The notes under the pieces were generated by a model. It was not told the DNA's origin. It did not search any database and worked only from the letters and a program-made list of their open reading frames with translations. Positions 1-11,400 of a stretch of 32,000 nucleotides of DNA are shown here, one piece after another. The stretch's first letter is position 1, and the number at the start of each line of letters is the position of its first letter. Both the position numbers and the translations under genes were made by a program. The stretch comes from Candidatus Saccharimonadota bacterium (GTDB lineage: Bacteria > Patescibacteriota > Gracilibacteria > Absconditabacterales > Absconditicoccaceae): NCBI GenBank assembly GCA_965231145.1, contig OZ246420.1, positions 930,001 to 962,000 of the forward strand, given 5' to 3'.

Positions 1-108
1 AGAGGCTAAAAACAAGCAGCCAGAAAAGAGACGAACATACTATTCACACCCCTCGAACAACAATGTAAAAACACTTGTGTCCATTTAATTCTCTTGCATA
101 ACACACTT

Positions 109-138
109 AAAAGCCTCCGTATCTGCGGAGGCTTTTTT
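109..138. terminator. Bidirectional intrinsic-terminator-like hairpin downstream of recG and of a + strand gene ending near the window edge
   Basis: AAAA, GCCTCCG (113-119), 6-nt loop, CGGAGGC (126-132), TTTTTT (133-138). The stem is 7 bp and GC-rich. An A-run on one side and a T-run on the other let it act on either strand. Confidence 0.6.
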
Positions 139-267
139 CTTATGGAGATAATGAATAAGTCTAAAAAATCATGAAATAAGATTTTTTAAGACGCATGAAT
201 ATTTCTTCAAGGAAATACTGGGTCAGAATAGCAGATGTCATAAAGAAATACACTTATCAGTATTTCC

Positions 268-2403
268 TTACGATCAAATATTTCAGATGCTGTCTTTCAG
301 TGATTCACGAAGTTCATCGAGACCATCGAGTCATGGATATTTGTCGAGAAGCCATAAGGCTGCTGATTGTACTTTCTCGAGGAATTCCATGTTACCAATC
401 ACTGAAAGCGGGATGTCTGTTTCACCACTCTGGCGAACTCACAAAATCTCTCACGTCCCGCGTAACTGCATATCCATCTCTGCAAGCTTAAATCCATCGT
501 GCGTTTTTTCCAAAGCACGAAGTCTCTTGTATGCATCTCACGACTTATACTTCGTCTCGAGGAAACAATACGACTGCAGATCACTTCTTCCCACACGTCC
601 ACGAAGCTGATGTAACTGTGCAAGTCCAAATCTTTCTGAATTTTTAATAATCATCACGGTTGCTTCCGGTACATCGATACCTACTTCGACGACGGTTGTC
701 GAGACGAGGAAAACAAGTTTTCCTTCTTTAAATTGTTTCATGACAAGATTTTTTTCTGCAGGCTTCATCTTTCCGTGAAGGATACCGATCTTTCACTTGA
801 GCTCAGGATAGAGATCGACGACATTGTGAAACTCCTGTGTCGCAGACGCAAGCTCCATTTTCTCACTCTCTTCAATGAGCGGTGCAATGAGAAAGATTCT
901 TTGTCACTGAGAAATTCTGGTAAGAATCCACTGTTTCAATTTTTTAAATTCTGACTCAGAAATAATTTTCGTATAGATCGGTTTACGACCCTTAGGCATC
1001 TCATCAATGACCGACACATCGAACTCACCGAAAAATGCGAGCGCCATGGAACGTGGAATTGGCGTCGCAGTCATTTGTAAAATATGTGGTGAGCCAAACT
1101 GTTTAAAGAAACCACGCTGACGCACACCAAATTTATGCTGCTCGTCGATGACAGAAAAAAGTAGCTTATGAAAGCCAATGCCCTCCTGCAGCAGCGCATG
1201 TGTTCCGACAACGATGTCGATAAGTCCCTGCTGAAGCTTTTGTTTGAGTTCGTCCTTTTGTGCTTTGCTGACTGAGCCAGTGATAAGTTCTACACGAACT
1301 CAAAGAGGGAGTAAGAGCGCAGCAAGTGAGCGATAGTGTTGCTGCGCGAGCACTTCGAGCGGCGCGAGAAATGCTGACTGACCGCCCATTTCCTTCATCA
1401 CATAATACGCGGCTATCGCCGCGACAATAGTCTTTCCGCTTCCCACATCTCCCTGGAGCAAACGAAGCATTGGACGGTCTTTATGAATATCATCGATGAC
1501 TTGTTTCAGTGCTTTCTTCTGCGCATTCGTCAGTGTAAACGGCAACTTTTCAATAATATCTGACACCGTCTGCCACTGCGCATCAGAGACACCAAATTGT
1601 TTTTCTCACTGATATGCAGCCTTATTGAGCAACGATGAAAGCTGTATTTGCAAAAGCTTATCGAAGAACAAACGATGCTGCGCTTTTTCTTGAAGTTCTC
1701 TTGAATCAGGATAATGCAGATTTCTTATCATCGTTGGAATATCTATGAGCTCATACATCTCCAGCAATTCTTTCGGTAAATGTTCGTGAAAAAACTCAGG
1801 GATGTGTCATATATTTTCCCACATCTTCTTCGCAAACCATACGGGCGAAATCCCGCTTAGTTCTGGGTATATTGGGTATAATCTTCCGACGTTAAATAAT
1901 TTGTCGCTAGTCTCCTCTAGCTGCTGATTGCTAGTCAATGATTCCTCCGAATTTGATTCTAAATTCTGATCTTTGATTTCTGAATTATCAATTGATTCCG
2001 GCGCTTCAGTCGGAATAAGTTCAGGGTGCCAGAACATAATTTTATTCTTGTCTCTTTTCGGTTTGCCGACAACAACGTATCGTTGGTCGGTCTTCAGAGA
2101 AGACAGAAGAAACCCGTTGGAGAAAAAGTTAACCGATGCTTTTGCACCTGCAGTATCGACGACCTGTAATTCGATAATTTTCTTCCCACGTGGAGTTTTA
2201 ATAAGCGTTTTCTTTTGTACAAACACTTTGACGCTATAGACCTCTTCCTCACTCACCATATCGTGCAGCAGTACCATATTTTTTCTATCCTCGTATGCTC
2301 TCGGGAAGTACTGCAAAAATTGCCTAAGGGTAGTGATACCATTGGCTGCGAGAAGGCTGATATATTTGGGTGTGGTTTTAAGATACTCTTTCAGCGGTTG
2401 CAT
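268..2403 (-). CDS. recG: ATP-dependent DNA helicase RecG (711 aa under table 25)
   Basis: Track fragments 538-768, 904-1125, 1300-1566 and 1807-2478, plus the tail 268-537, lie in one minus frame (offsets from 268 are multiples of 3). They join through 11 in-frame TGA codons (1807, 1606, 1300, 904, 793, 538, 451, 439, 331, 283, 274) with no TAA/TAG. Motifs read directly: GDVGSGKT (Walker A), VIDEQHKFG (DEQH box), [46 protein letters not shown] 2401-2403 ([40 protein letters not shown]) is preferred over the TTG at 2478. Stop is TAA 268-270. Confidence 0.9.
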
Positions 2404-2440
2404 ACTCTTATATATAGGCAATTTGCCTTTCAATACCATC

Positions 2441-2468
2441 AAAAAAAGCGCCGGCAATAACCGGACGC
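2441..2468 (-). terminator. Hairpin plus T-run between the upstream hypothetical gene and recG
   Basis: The minus strand reads GCGTCCGG-ttatt-GCCGGCGC followed by TTTTTTT. On the + strand this is A7 at 2441-2447 then gcgccggcaataaccggacgc. The stem is about 7 bp with one bulge. Confidence 0.4.
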
Positions 2469-2496
2469 TTAGGGTCAATAGGTGGTGGCATTTTCT

Positions 2497-2850
2497 TTAT
2501 GCTGCTGCAACTTCCTTCATCATATCACAGAATTTGATTGGCATGATAGAATGTTCTACATGTAGATGCATAGTAATTTGCTCTACAACATTTTCATGAC
2601 AAATCACATAGAAGTCCTTCACAACAATTGCATCCAGGTTATTATCATCGAGAATACTATAAAATACAGCGTTCATAGATTCGTCTATGTATGAATCTGG
2701 TATTTCATAATAGACATTTCCCTTGGAGTCTTTTTTTACTACTATTTGCCCCTCCTGTCTTGACGAACCAAGATGAACAATAAATGTGTTGATCTGTTCT
2801 TTTGTTTTTAATTGTATCGTGCTCATAAAGATATGTTTTAGTCCAAACAT
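2497..2850 (-). CDS. Hypothetical protein (about 110-117 aa), no family recognised
   Basis: Uninterrupted ORF ending at a true TAA (2497-2499). Candidate ATG starts are at 2850 and 2826 (MSTIQLKTKEQINTF...). The track start at 2859 is a GTG. It sits directly upstream of recG on the same strand. Confidence 0.55.
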   Translation of the reverse strand: MFGLKHIFMSTIQLKTKEQINTFIVHLGSSRQEGQIVVKKDSKGNVYYEIPDSYIDESMNAVFYSILDDNNLDAIVVKDFYVICHENVVEQITMHLHVEHSIMPIKFCDMMKEVAAA

Positions 2851-2914
2851 TATACGCACTTTTAACTAGAAATCAACCTCCACTATTCCCCGTTCCAATC
2901 TAGAAGGATTTCCT

Positions 2915-2930
2915 TATAATAGTACCAATG
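2915..2930 (+). promoter_or_regulatory. Consensus -10 box placed 7 nt from the LysE start codon (possible leaderless mRNA)
   Basis: TATAAT at 2915-2920, then agtacca, then ATG at 2928. There is no room for a Shine-Dalgarno sequence. Confidence 0.3.
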
Positions 2931-3557
2931 TGGCATGCTATCGTACAAGGAGTAAGTATTTGACTGCTAATCTGTGTACTGGTTGGACCAGTTTTTTTCG
3001 CTATGCTGGGGATTGCCATGCGCTACTCAAGGCGCGCTGCGATACGGTTTGCAGCAGGCATGCTCCTCAGTGATATGGTGTATGGCGTTCTTGCATATGC
3101 AGGATTCAGTGCGTTTATCGTCGAATGACCACGAAAAACATGGATGTATATCTTCGGAGGCATCATCTTCATGATTATGTGAGGGCATATGATATACACA
3201 ACCCTTCGTCGCCGTCGTGAGGACCCTGCCGAAGTTCATCTGAGAACTCACCCTCATCGAAGTAACTTTCTCGGACAAGGGTTTATTACCAATACGCTCA
3301 ATCCCGGAGTTGTCTTTCTCTGGATCGGGATCGTAGGAACTTCAGTTCCACATTTTGATCATATTTCTACTACCATTATCTTTTTCCTAGCCATTTTTGT
3401 AACTATATTTGGAACTGACTTGCTCAAAATCATACTTGCCCACTCTATCAAACACCTTCTCAATAAAAAAAATCTCTATATTCTTCATCTTATCACAGGC
3501 GGCGTACTGATCATGCTTGGCTTGTTTACGATCGTCAAAACTCTTATCCACATATAA
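2928..3557 (+). CDS. LysE/RhtB-family amino-acid exporter (209 aa under table 25)
   Basis: ATG 2928 is in frame with track ORF 3189-3557 (offset 261). The two join through TGA at 2961, 3126 and 3180. The joined product starts MWHAIVQGVSIGLLICVLVGPVFFAMLG and contains FLGQGFITNTLNPGVVFLW, typical LysE-translocator motifs, with multiple hydrophobic helices. Stop is TAA 3555-3557. Confidence 0.8.
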
Positions 3558-3613
3558 ACATAATTACGAATTAACAATTACGAGTTACGAATAAAAGAAG
3601 GAGAAAGAAGAAT

Positions 3614-3675
3614 AATTCAAAATATAGAATTCAAAATATAGAATTTAAAATTATTTTAGTAAGTAAGTTATAAGT
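3614..3675 (+). promoter_or_regulatory. AT-rich tandem repeat plus conserved leader module upstream of the methyltransferase gene
   Basis: Three tandem units of about 14 nt (aattcaaaatata / gaattcaaaatata / gaatttaaaatta) are followed by TTATTTTAGTAAGTAAG and ATG at 3676. The same ATTCAAAAT..TTTAAAATTATTTT(T)AGT(T)AGTAAG module recurs at 27917-27959. A shorter version recurs at 27503-27539. Confidence 0.35.
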
Positions 3676-4776
3676 ATGTTATTTATCATATCGTGTCCTG
3701 GTGGGGCGTCACAGTTAGTAAAAAATGAGTTGAAGGTACTCGGATATCCAAAGTCACAAGTACTTTCTCCAAGCACCATCCAGTGTGAGGCGGACGAGTC
3801 CGCTATCGCGAAGATCAATCTCCGAAGCAGATTGGCAAACAAAGTATATCTCGTAGTCGGTTCATGAATAGCACCAACTTTTGAGAGGCTTTTTGATATT
3901 GTGCATCGTATCGAGTGGGAAAAATATATTGAAGAAGGACAACCATTTATCGTGACTGCTCGTAGTGATAAATCCATGTTGACCAGCACTCCCGCATTGC
4001 AGGCGATGGGGAAGAAGGCGATAAGCAAAAAACTGACGGGAAATGATGAATGGCGCACAGAAGATGAGACACGCGAGCCAGTAGAGATTATGTTATCGCT
4101 CAATAATAATACTGTGCAAGTATTGCTCAACACAACGGGCGAATCACTTCATAGACGCGGATATCGTTCTCATACCGGAGACGCTCCGCTGAAGGAAAAT
4201 GTGGCTGCTGCACTCGTTATTTCATCTGGATGGAAGTTTCATGAGCCACTCTATGATATCACGTGCGGAGCTGGAACTATATTGATCGAAGCCGCAATGA
4301 TCGCGAAGAATATTGCTCCTGGATTACAGAGATATTTCGCATTTGAAAAGTTTGCATGGTATGACAAAGAGATACTCAGCACTGAGATAAAGCGTGCAAA
4401 CGAGGTTATCATCAAAGATAAAGAGCATGTTATCATCGGAAGCGATATAGATCCTACCGCAATAGCGATTGCAAAAGAAAACGCTGAGAATGCATGAGTC
4501 GATGAGTATATACAATTTTCAGTGCAAGATATGAAGCTTACGCGCAATGGTCGCGGTTGTTATATAAGCAATCCTCCCTATGGCGAGAGGATGAATCCAG
4601 CTGATCTTGATGAGATCTATCAGACATTCGACCAGTTGTTTAGCATGCCTGAAAATTACGGTGGTATCATCACTAGTTACGATTGGCAGCCACATGGCGA
4701 ATTTGATGCAAAGACATTTTATAATGGACCAGACAAAGTAACATTCTTTAAGTTCAGAAAACTATCCAGCAATTAG
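3676..4776 (+). CDS. THUMP-domain class I SAM-dependent RNA methyltransferase (RlmL/UPF0020-like, 366 aa)
   Basis: Track ORFs 3676-3867, 3901-4497 and 4522-4776 are in one frame (offsets 225 and 846) and join through TGA at 3865 and 4495. Motifs: DITCGAGTILIEAA (SAM-binding motif I), IIGSDID, ISNPPYGERM (NPPY motif IV). The N-terminal part is THUMP-like. The second TGA falls in ENAENA-G-V. Stop is TAG 4774-4776. Confidence 0.85.
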
Positions 4777-4841
4777 ATTTTAGATAGTAGGTTATAGCAG
4801 CGCTGCCAACATCTATAATCTAACATCTATCTGCTATGAAT

Positions 4842-4867
4842 AAAAAAATCCGCATATGCGGATTTTT
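4842..4867. terminator. Bidirectional intrinsic terminator between convergent genes
   Basis: A7, then ATCCGCATATGCGGAT (perfect palindrome, 4848-4863), then T5. It lies 4 nt from the TAA of giant gene 1 and about 70 nt after the methyltransferase stop. Confidence 0.75.
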
Positions 4868-4870
4868 CTA

Positions 4871-5425
4871 TTATCTTGATTCCTTTTCTAGTTTCTGCGC
4901 CAGTCTGTACAGTGTTAAGAACGGTACAAATCTCTGAGCTTTCACCATTGGTTCTTTTCTGTTGATCAATCATTCTGAATACAGCTTCTCCATATGATAC
5001 TCGTAGAATGGATGTTCTTCGCTTTCTACGTTCGTCTGCTCATACTTCTTGCCATACAGCATTCTTGAAAGCACAGTCATATACTCTCCTCTTGTTAATA
5101 TGTCATTTGGTCTGCTTGTATTCATCAGTCCGAGCTGACACGCTTGGATCATATATGCTTTTAGTCCATCTGGATCTTCTCCGCTGAATACGCATTGCTT
5201 ACTTGTATCTGGCAGCTTGCCTAATATGTTCTTCGCAAACTCTCCCATGATCTTTGCAAGCTGCGCTCTCGTGATCTGATCGTAATAACGTGCTTGTAGG
5301 AATGTAGGCATCGTCGTTGACCCAATAGCACGATTGAAACAGTATGATTGTTGCTCTTCTCCCTTCAATGCTCTACACTTTGCTAATGCGAGACGCAGAA
5401 TATCTGAAGTTAAATCAGGCAATCA
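4871..5425 (-). other. C-terminal wall-anchor region of giant protein 1: three SLH-like repeats (approximate bounds)
   Basis: The translation contains ...YYDQITRAQLAKIMGEFAKNILG..., FSGEDPDGLKAYMIQACQLGLMNTSRPNDILTRGEYMTVLSRMLYG and HPFYEYHMEKLYSE-G-LINRKEPMVKAQRFVPF. These fit the S-layer-homology pattern (aromatic/acidic start, GI/GL core, xTRxE/Q helix). The Gly of the third G-L/I core is a TGA (4970-4972). Confidence 0.5.
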
Positions 5426-8400
5426 TGCACTACTACATGTTCTGTCATAGTAGCTCAGCGAGTAATCTCCGTTTGGACAGACATCCTTCGTCAGATACAC
5501 TCATCCGCCTCCTCATGCCGATTGTACCGATGGAGTTGTGGCTAATGGCACTCCAAATATACTAAAGTTTGAGAAGTGCGGTGTATCACATGTCACCGTC
5601 TTATTGACCATATCCACCACACAATTATCTAACTCTGACCAGCTTGTTCCATCATGACTATATATCTTCAACGTGCTTTCATCTACTCAACTCACATCCT
5701 GATCACGATAACTTAATGTCAGCGTCAATCCCGTATCAAAGTTCGTCACACGCTCTACGTCTCCACTATATGCTTGTAAGTCATATAACGCTCCTACTTG
5801 AATAAGCGATGGATTGGGCAATCCAAGCGCTACCATAGCAGCTCCCGTATCCAACTGTTTTCCCTGGAAGATAAGAGTCGGTGCCGAAGCAACCACATCC
5901 GCAGGAATAATAAGTTCTAATATTGTTCCTATATCCGCAACCATAGAGAATATGGCTCATACAGGAACATCTATGATATCTTGTTCTTGAGTTACAATAT
6001 CAGAATTGTTGGGGCACCCTAGAGTAGTAAACGAATAATTAGTTCCTGTATAGCGGCTTCCCAACATATCTGTACCTATAAACCTATACGTATAGGTTGT
6101 ACATGCAAACAAACCAGAGATAGATCAACTATGTGTTGTGACACGAGGAGAAACATCCCCTTCCGCGCTCTGCAAGCCATATCATGTCGATATACTATAC
6201 TGAATTTGCGTAGAAGAAGGTATCGTTGTTTCCCAGTTAAAAAGCATAGATGTCATTCATGTAAGATGACTCATTCATGTAGCATATGCTGCAAGTATAT
6301 TTGGCATGACTGAAACTGAATCACCAGGTCCCTCTCCTTGTGCATTGACTGCTGAGACCGTGAACACATATGACACACCATTTGCCAATCACGTGAAGAT
6401 AATCGGGCTATTTGTTCCGGTCTTTACCAACAATCACGTATGCGATCTTATTGTATAGTAATCTATAAATAATCCTCCGTTATCTAATGGCGGCGCAAAC
6501 GTGAATATAGCCGCGCCACTTGCAGCTTTTGCTGCTATATCAAGAGGAGCTGTTACTGGTGCAGTTGTTGGCGTCGTTATGGTTAACGTCACAGCCCCAC
6601 TTGCCCCTTCTCACTGTATATTAAATGCAGAAATAAAGAACGTATGAGTTGTACCGTTGATAAATCCTGTCACCGTAATAGGAGAAGTTGATGATGTTGC
6701 TACGACCAATCAAGTAATCGATGTTATCCTATATCATAGTATAGCCGATCATCAACTGGTTAATGGTGGATCAAAATCAAACACCGCCTCACCATTTGTA
6801 CCTGCTGCTTCAATATTTTGTGGAACACCTGGAACTGTTACCGGAACGACACTATTTGAAGGAGCACTTAACACTCATGTAGTTACAGAAGTTTGCGCAA
6901 CAACAGTGAATGTATATGTCACACCATTCGTTAAGCCCTCAACAGTAATTGGACTATCTGTTCACGTCGCAATGATATTTCACGGAGACGATCTCACTAT
7001 GTAGTAGAGAATAGGAAATCCTCCATCGTCGGTCGATGCGTTAAATGATATGGTTGCCTGTTCATTTCCTGCCACAGCCGTCACACTCGTAGGTGCATTT
7101 GCTATAGTTGACGGAATAGTAGCATTTGAAGCACTACTTACTTCTCAGGTTCACACGCCATTTCTTGCCACTACGGTAAATGTATATGAAACTCCGTTCG
7201 TCAATCCTGGCACTGTAATCGGACTTCACAATCATGTCGCCGCAACATTTCATGGTGATGATGTCACAATATATTCAATGATGCCTGTTCCACCATCATA
7301 CGTCGCCCCACTAAATGCAATAGTTGCCTCTTGATTTCCTGCTATCGCCGTCACATTTGTCGGCGCATTTGGCAACGAAAGAGCGACGACTTCACTTGCT
7401 ATAAAGCTCTCGGTTCCTGTTCCAATAGCATTTACCGCAGCCACTGAAAATATATAAGGAGTACCGTTTCTCAGTCAGGTAATGGTAATCGGGCTATCGT
7501 CTCACGTTACCATGAAATCTCCAGTATTTGAGCCAACAACATAATACAAAATATTTGATCCTCCACTGTTAGTAGATCAACTAAATGATATGATTGCTTG
7601 TCAACTACTCACTTCTGCCACCACATTTGTTGGTTCACTTGGAACCGTTGCCACAAGCACGCTGTTTGAAGCCGCACTTTGCGCTCAAAATCACACACTA
7701 TTTCTTGCCATGACAGTGAATGTATAGAAGACACCGTTTGTCAATCAATTCATGATGATAGGCGCCCCACCAGATGCCACAATAAAACTACCTGGACTCG
7801 ACGTCACAAGGTATTCGATGATTCCTGTTCCTCCATCACTTACTGGCGGCGCAAACCAGATTGAAGCTGATTCATTACCTCACGTTGCAATGATATTTAT
7901 AGGCACCCCTGGTACTGATACTGGAATGATGCTATTTGAAACACTGCTTGCTGGTCATGTTCCGATCGCATTCACTGCTACCACAGTAAATGTATATCCG
8001 GTACCATTAGTCAATCAAGTAAGGCGTATAAAACTACCTCAACCAGTAAATGAAATATTCCCAGGATTTGATGTTGCTACATAGTACAAGATGTTTGATC
8101 CTCCGCTATTCGTTGAGCCACTGAATCTTACCGTTGCCTGACCATTTCCTCATGTTGCTGTTACATTTGTCGGCGCATTTGGCACCGTTGCAGGAATGAC
8201 GCTATTTGATACGCTACTTGCCGTTCATGTACCAATTGCATTAATAGCTCTTACCGTAAATGTATATGATGTTCCGTTTGTCAATCATGTGATTGTAATT
8301 GGACTTCATGTTCATGTGAAACTTATGTTTCACGGTGACGACGTCGCTATGTAATAAAGAATATCTGAGCCTCATGTATACGTTGAGCCACTGAATGAGA

Positions 8401-11400
8401 TAAGCGCCTGTCAACTACTAGCTGTCGCGAAAACATTTGCCGGCGCATTTGGCACCGTTGCAGGAATGACGCTATTTGATGCGCTACTTACGGTTCATGT
8501 TCACGCAGCATTGAGTGCAACTACAGAGAATGTATATGAGACGCCATTAGTAAGTCATGCGATGATAATTGGACTTCATGTTCATGTGAAACTTATGTTT
8601 CACGGTGACGATGTTGCTATGTAATAAAGAATATCTGAGCCTCATGTATACGTTGGAGCAACGAATGAAACGGTTGCCTGCCCGCTTGAGCCAGTTGCCA
8701 CTAAGCTCGTTGGTTCATTCGGTGTTCAGATTGGCGTAACATTGTTTGAAACATTACTCCACGTTCCTGTTCATGCTCCATTCACAGCTGCTGCCCTAAA
8801 AGAGTATGTCGTGCCGTTAATCAGTCATGTAATCGAGATCGGACTTCATGTTCAAGTCACCACAATACTTCATGGCGATCATGTGAGAATATAATAGAGA
8901 ATAGTTGATCATCATGTATACGTTGGTGCGATGAATGAAATGATTGCTTGTCCACTTGATCAGGTTGCGACTAGACTTGTCGGCGCATTTGCTACGGATA
9001 TTGGCGTCACACTACTTGATGGATTACTTACTGGTCCAGTTCCAATTGCATTGACCGCTGCAACTGTAAACGTATAAGACAAACCATTGATCAGACCTGA
9101 TAAAACTACCGGACTATCACTTCCCGTATATGAAATACCTCACGATGACGACGTAACAACATAATAAAGGATATCAGAACTTCCACTATATGTTGAACCA
9201 CTAAAGGACACCGTTACTTGTCAGCTGCTTGTCGCAGTTGCTACTACGTTCGTTGGTGCATTTGGAACACTCATAGGAGTAACGCTATTTGATCCACTGC
9301 TTGCCGATCCTGTTCGAACGCTATTTCTTGCGGTAACCGTAAAAGTATACGATACACCATTGGTCAATCACGTTACCGTGATTGGACTTCCAGTCCCGGT
9401 AAATGATATGTTTCCCGGATTTGATGTCGCGATATAATAGATAATTCATGTGCCACCATCATCGGCAGATCAACTAAATGAAACTGTTGCCTGACCACTT
9501 GCTGCCACCGCAGTTACATTGGTTGGCGCACTAGGAGGAAGAATTTCACTTGCAATTGGCTCCTCAAATGTGATAGACCAATTGTACAATGGTAATCCTG
9601 TACTATTTGACGCCAAAGAGACGCTCTCATCACTATCGCGGATGTTTCATCATACAGCGGTTGCAAGAGTCGAACTTCAACACGTTCCCAATCCAGCAGC
9701 CGGGCCCGTAGGACAAGACCATGCATAACGAAGCATCTGATGAGTTCCATTTGCAGCTCCACTGAGTTGGATCTGCACCTGAGTATTTCCACTCACCAAT
9801 GAAACCCCACTAATTGTGGTTGTACTACCGCCACTCTGCACAAATTCAAAACCATAGTTCGTACGTTGGGCAACATTTCATGTATCAATATTGAGTGTTC
9901 CTACTGGGATATTATAACTTACCGTAATCACGCTCCCTGACCTCACCACTGACGTAGGCATAAGAGGATTCCACGACTGTCCCTGAAATACTACTTTATT
10001 TATCACCTTTGCAAACATTTCTCCGACATGTTTGGATGACGTGCTTGTCAGACGAACTTTATCTCAAAGGTATGGATACTGATATTTTGGACCGACAAGG
10101 ATGATCTTCCCTGGGTTATTTTTATGTGCACTCAATTGTGCTACTGCTATACTACCACTCCACGTAGAATTTACCTGATTGATAAACATAGGCAATAAAA
10201 CTCCTGTGGTTCACATCAGGGCATTAATATCAAGTTGGTAATCTCTCTGCCACTCAACCAAAAATGCTTCATACCCGGCAGTAACAGATAGCGCATCACT
10301 TTCTCCATGAACAATAGTTACAGCAAGAGGTTTATAAATCCCTCCCGTTGCTTCTACTAAAGATTTTGAAATAGAGGCTTGCGCCATACCTTTTGCATAA
10401 GGAGCCGTTCCTTTCTTCAGTCAAGAATATGATGCATTTGCACCATGGAGTCCTACAACAATAGGACGGGCCAACACTCCTGTATACGCCCTAAGAGAGT
10501 TTGCGATACCTGCTGATGGCGTTTCCGCACCAGATTCTATGAGCAATCAAAGTTGATTTCACGTACCCTGTGGGTTTCCTCAACTAAGAGCGAGATTGTT
10601 ATAGGGCTGAAAAACACTAATCGCTGAGGAATTCAGTCCATAAGAGAGACTCTCTCCATTGGAAAGAATATGATAATATGTTTGGGTGTTTGTTGCTACC
10701 GCACTAGTGATAGATCCGCTTCCTACTCACTTACTATTTATAGCAGAAACCCTGAAATCATACGCTATATTATTAAAAAGTCACGTCACCGATCAGGTAA
10801 GTTCTGTACTTATACTATCTGAAAACACCGTCCAACTTGATCATGTAGAAAATTTATATTCTATCTGATAATCAAAAACCGGATCTATTGTAGAAAGTCA
10901 TGACCACGCCAAATGCACCACTCAACTTCCTACAGATGTTACGTAAAAATTTCTAGGAGCCCATGGTGTTGTTGCAGAAACACCTGGATTTCCTTCATAC
11001 ACCGATTGTATTTGCTGAGGAGTAAGAATTTGATCCCACAACTGCGCATCATCCATAAATCACGACCACATATGAGCTCCGCCGTTATATGTTCCTATAT
11101 ATGCTATCGTACTCGCGGCAGGAAGATTCGGCGCTATCCCACTTGCAACATATGCTCAGTTTTTATAAAGTGTATATTTCCTTGTTGTACCATCAAAAGT
11201 CATTGCAGCATGCACCCATGATCCGAGAGTGAGCGATACAGGATCGGTGGCCCAAGCAGTACCTCAAGCTGCTCCATGCCCTGCAATCAGCGAATTACTC
11301 ACAGAGAAAAAACTAGGATTATTCGCGTTTCCGTTAGTAATGATACTACGTGTAGCAAGAACAGTGCCTGTTGGAATAAACACCCATGCTGCCTTACTAA

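Noticed and set aside
268-2478. recG, like many other genes here, looks like a decayed pseudogene broken into 4-5 pieces by stop codons.
   Set aside because: All breaks are TGA and never TAA/TAG. The fragments stay in one frame, and the TGAs sit on conserved Gly positions. This is codon reassignment, not decay.
6657-8084. Long + strand ORFs across the Fn3 arrays (6657-7004, 7050-7334, 7752-8084; also 16320-16751, 17649-17831, 18147-18641 and 11229-11650).
   Set aside because: They are antisense shadows of the minus-strand giant genes. Their products are low-complexity and lack motifs, whereas the minus frame gives textbook Fn3/LamG sequence over thousands of codons.
6305-9545. The regular 270-bp periodicity could suggest a CRISPR array or a satellite.
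   Set aside because: The period is far too long and there is no short-repeat/unique-spacer structure. The units are diverged at synonymous sites and encode Fn3 domains in one continuous frame.
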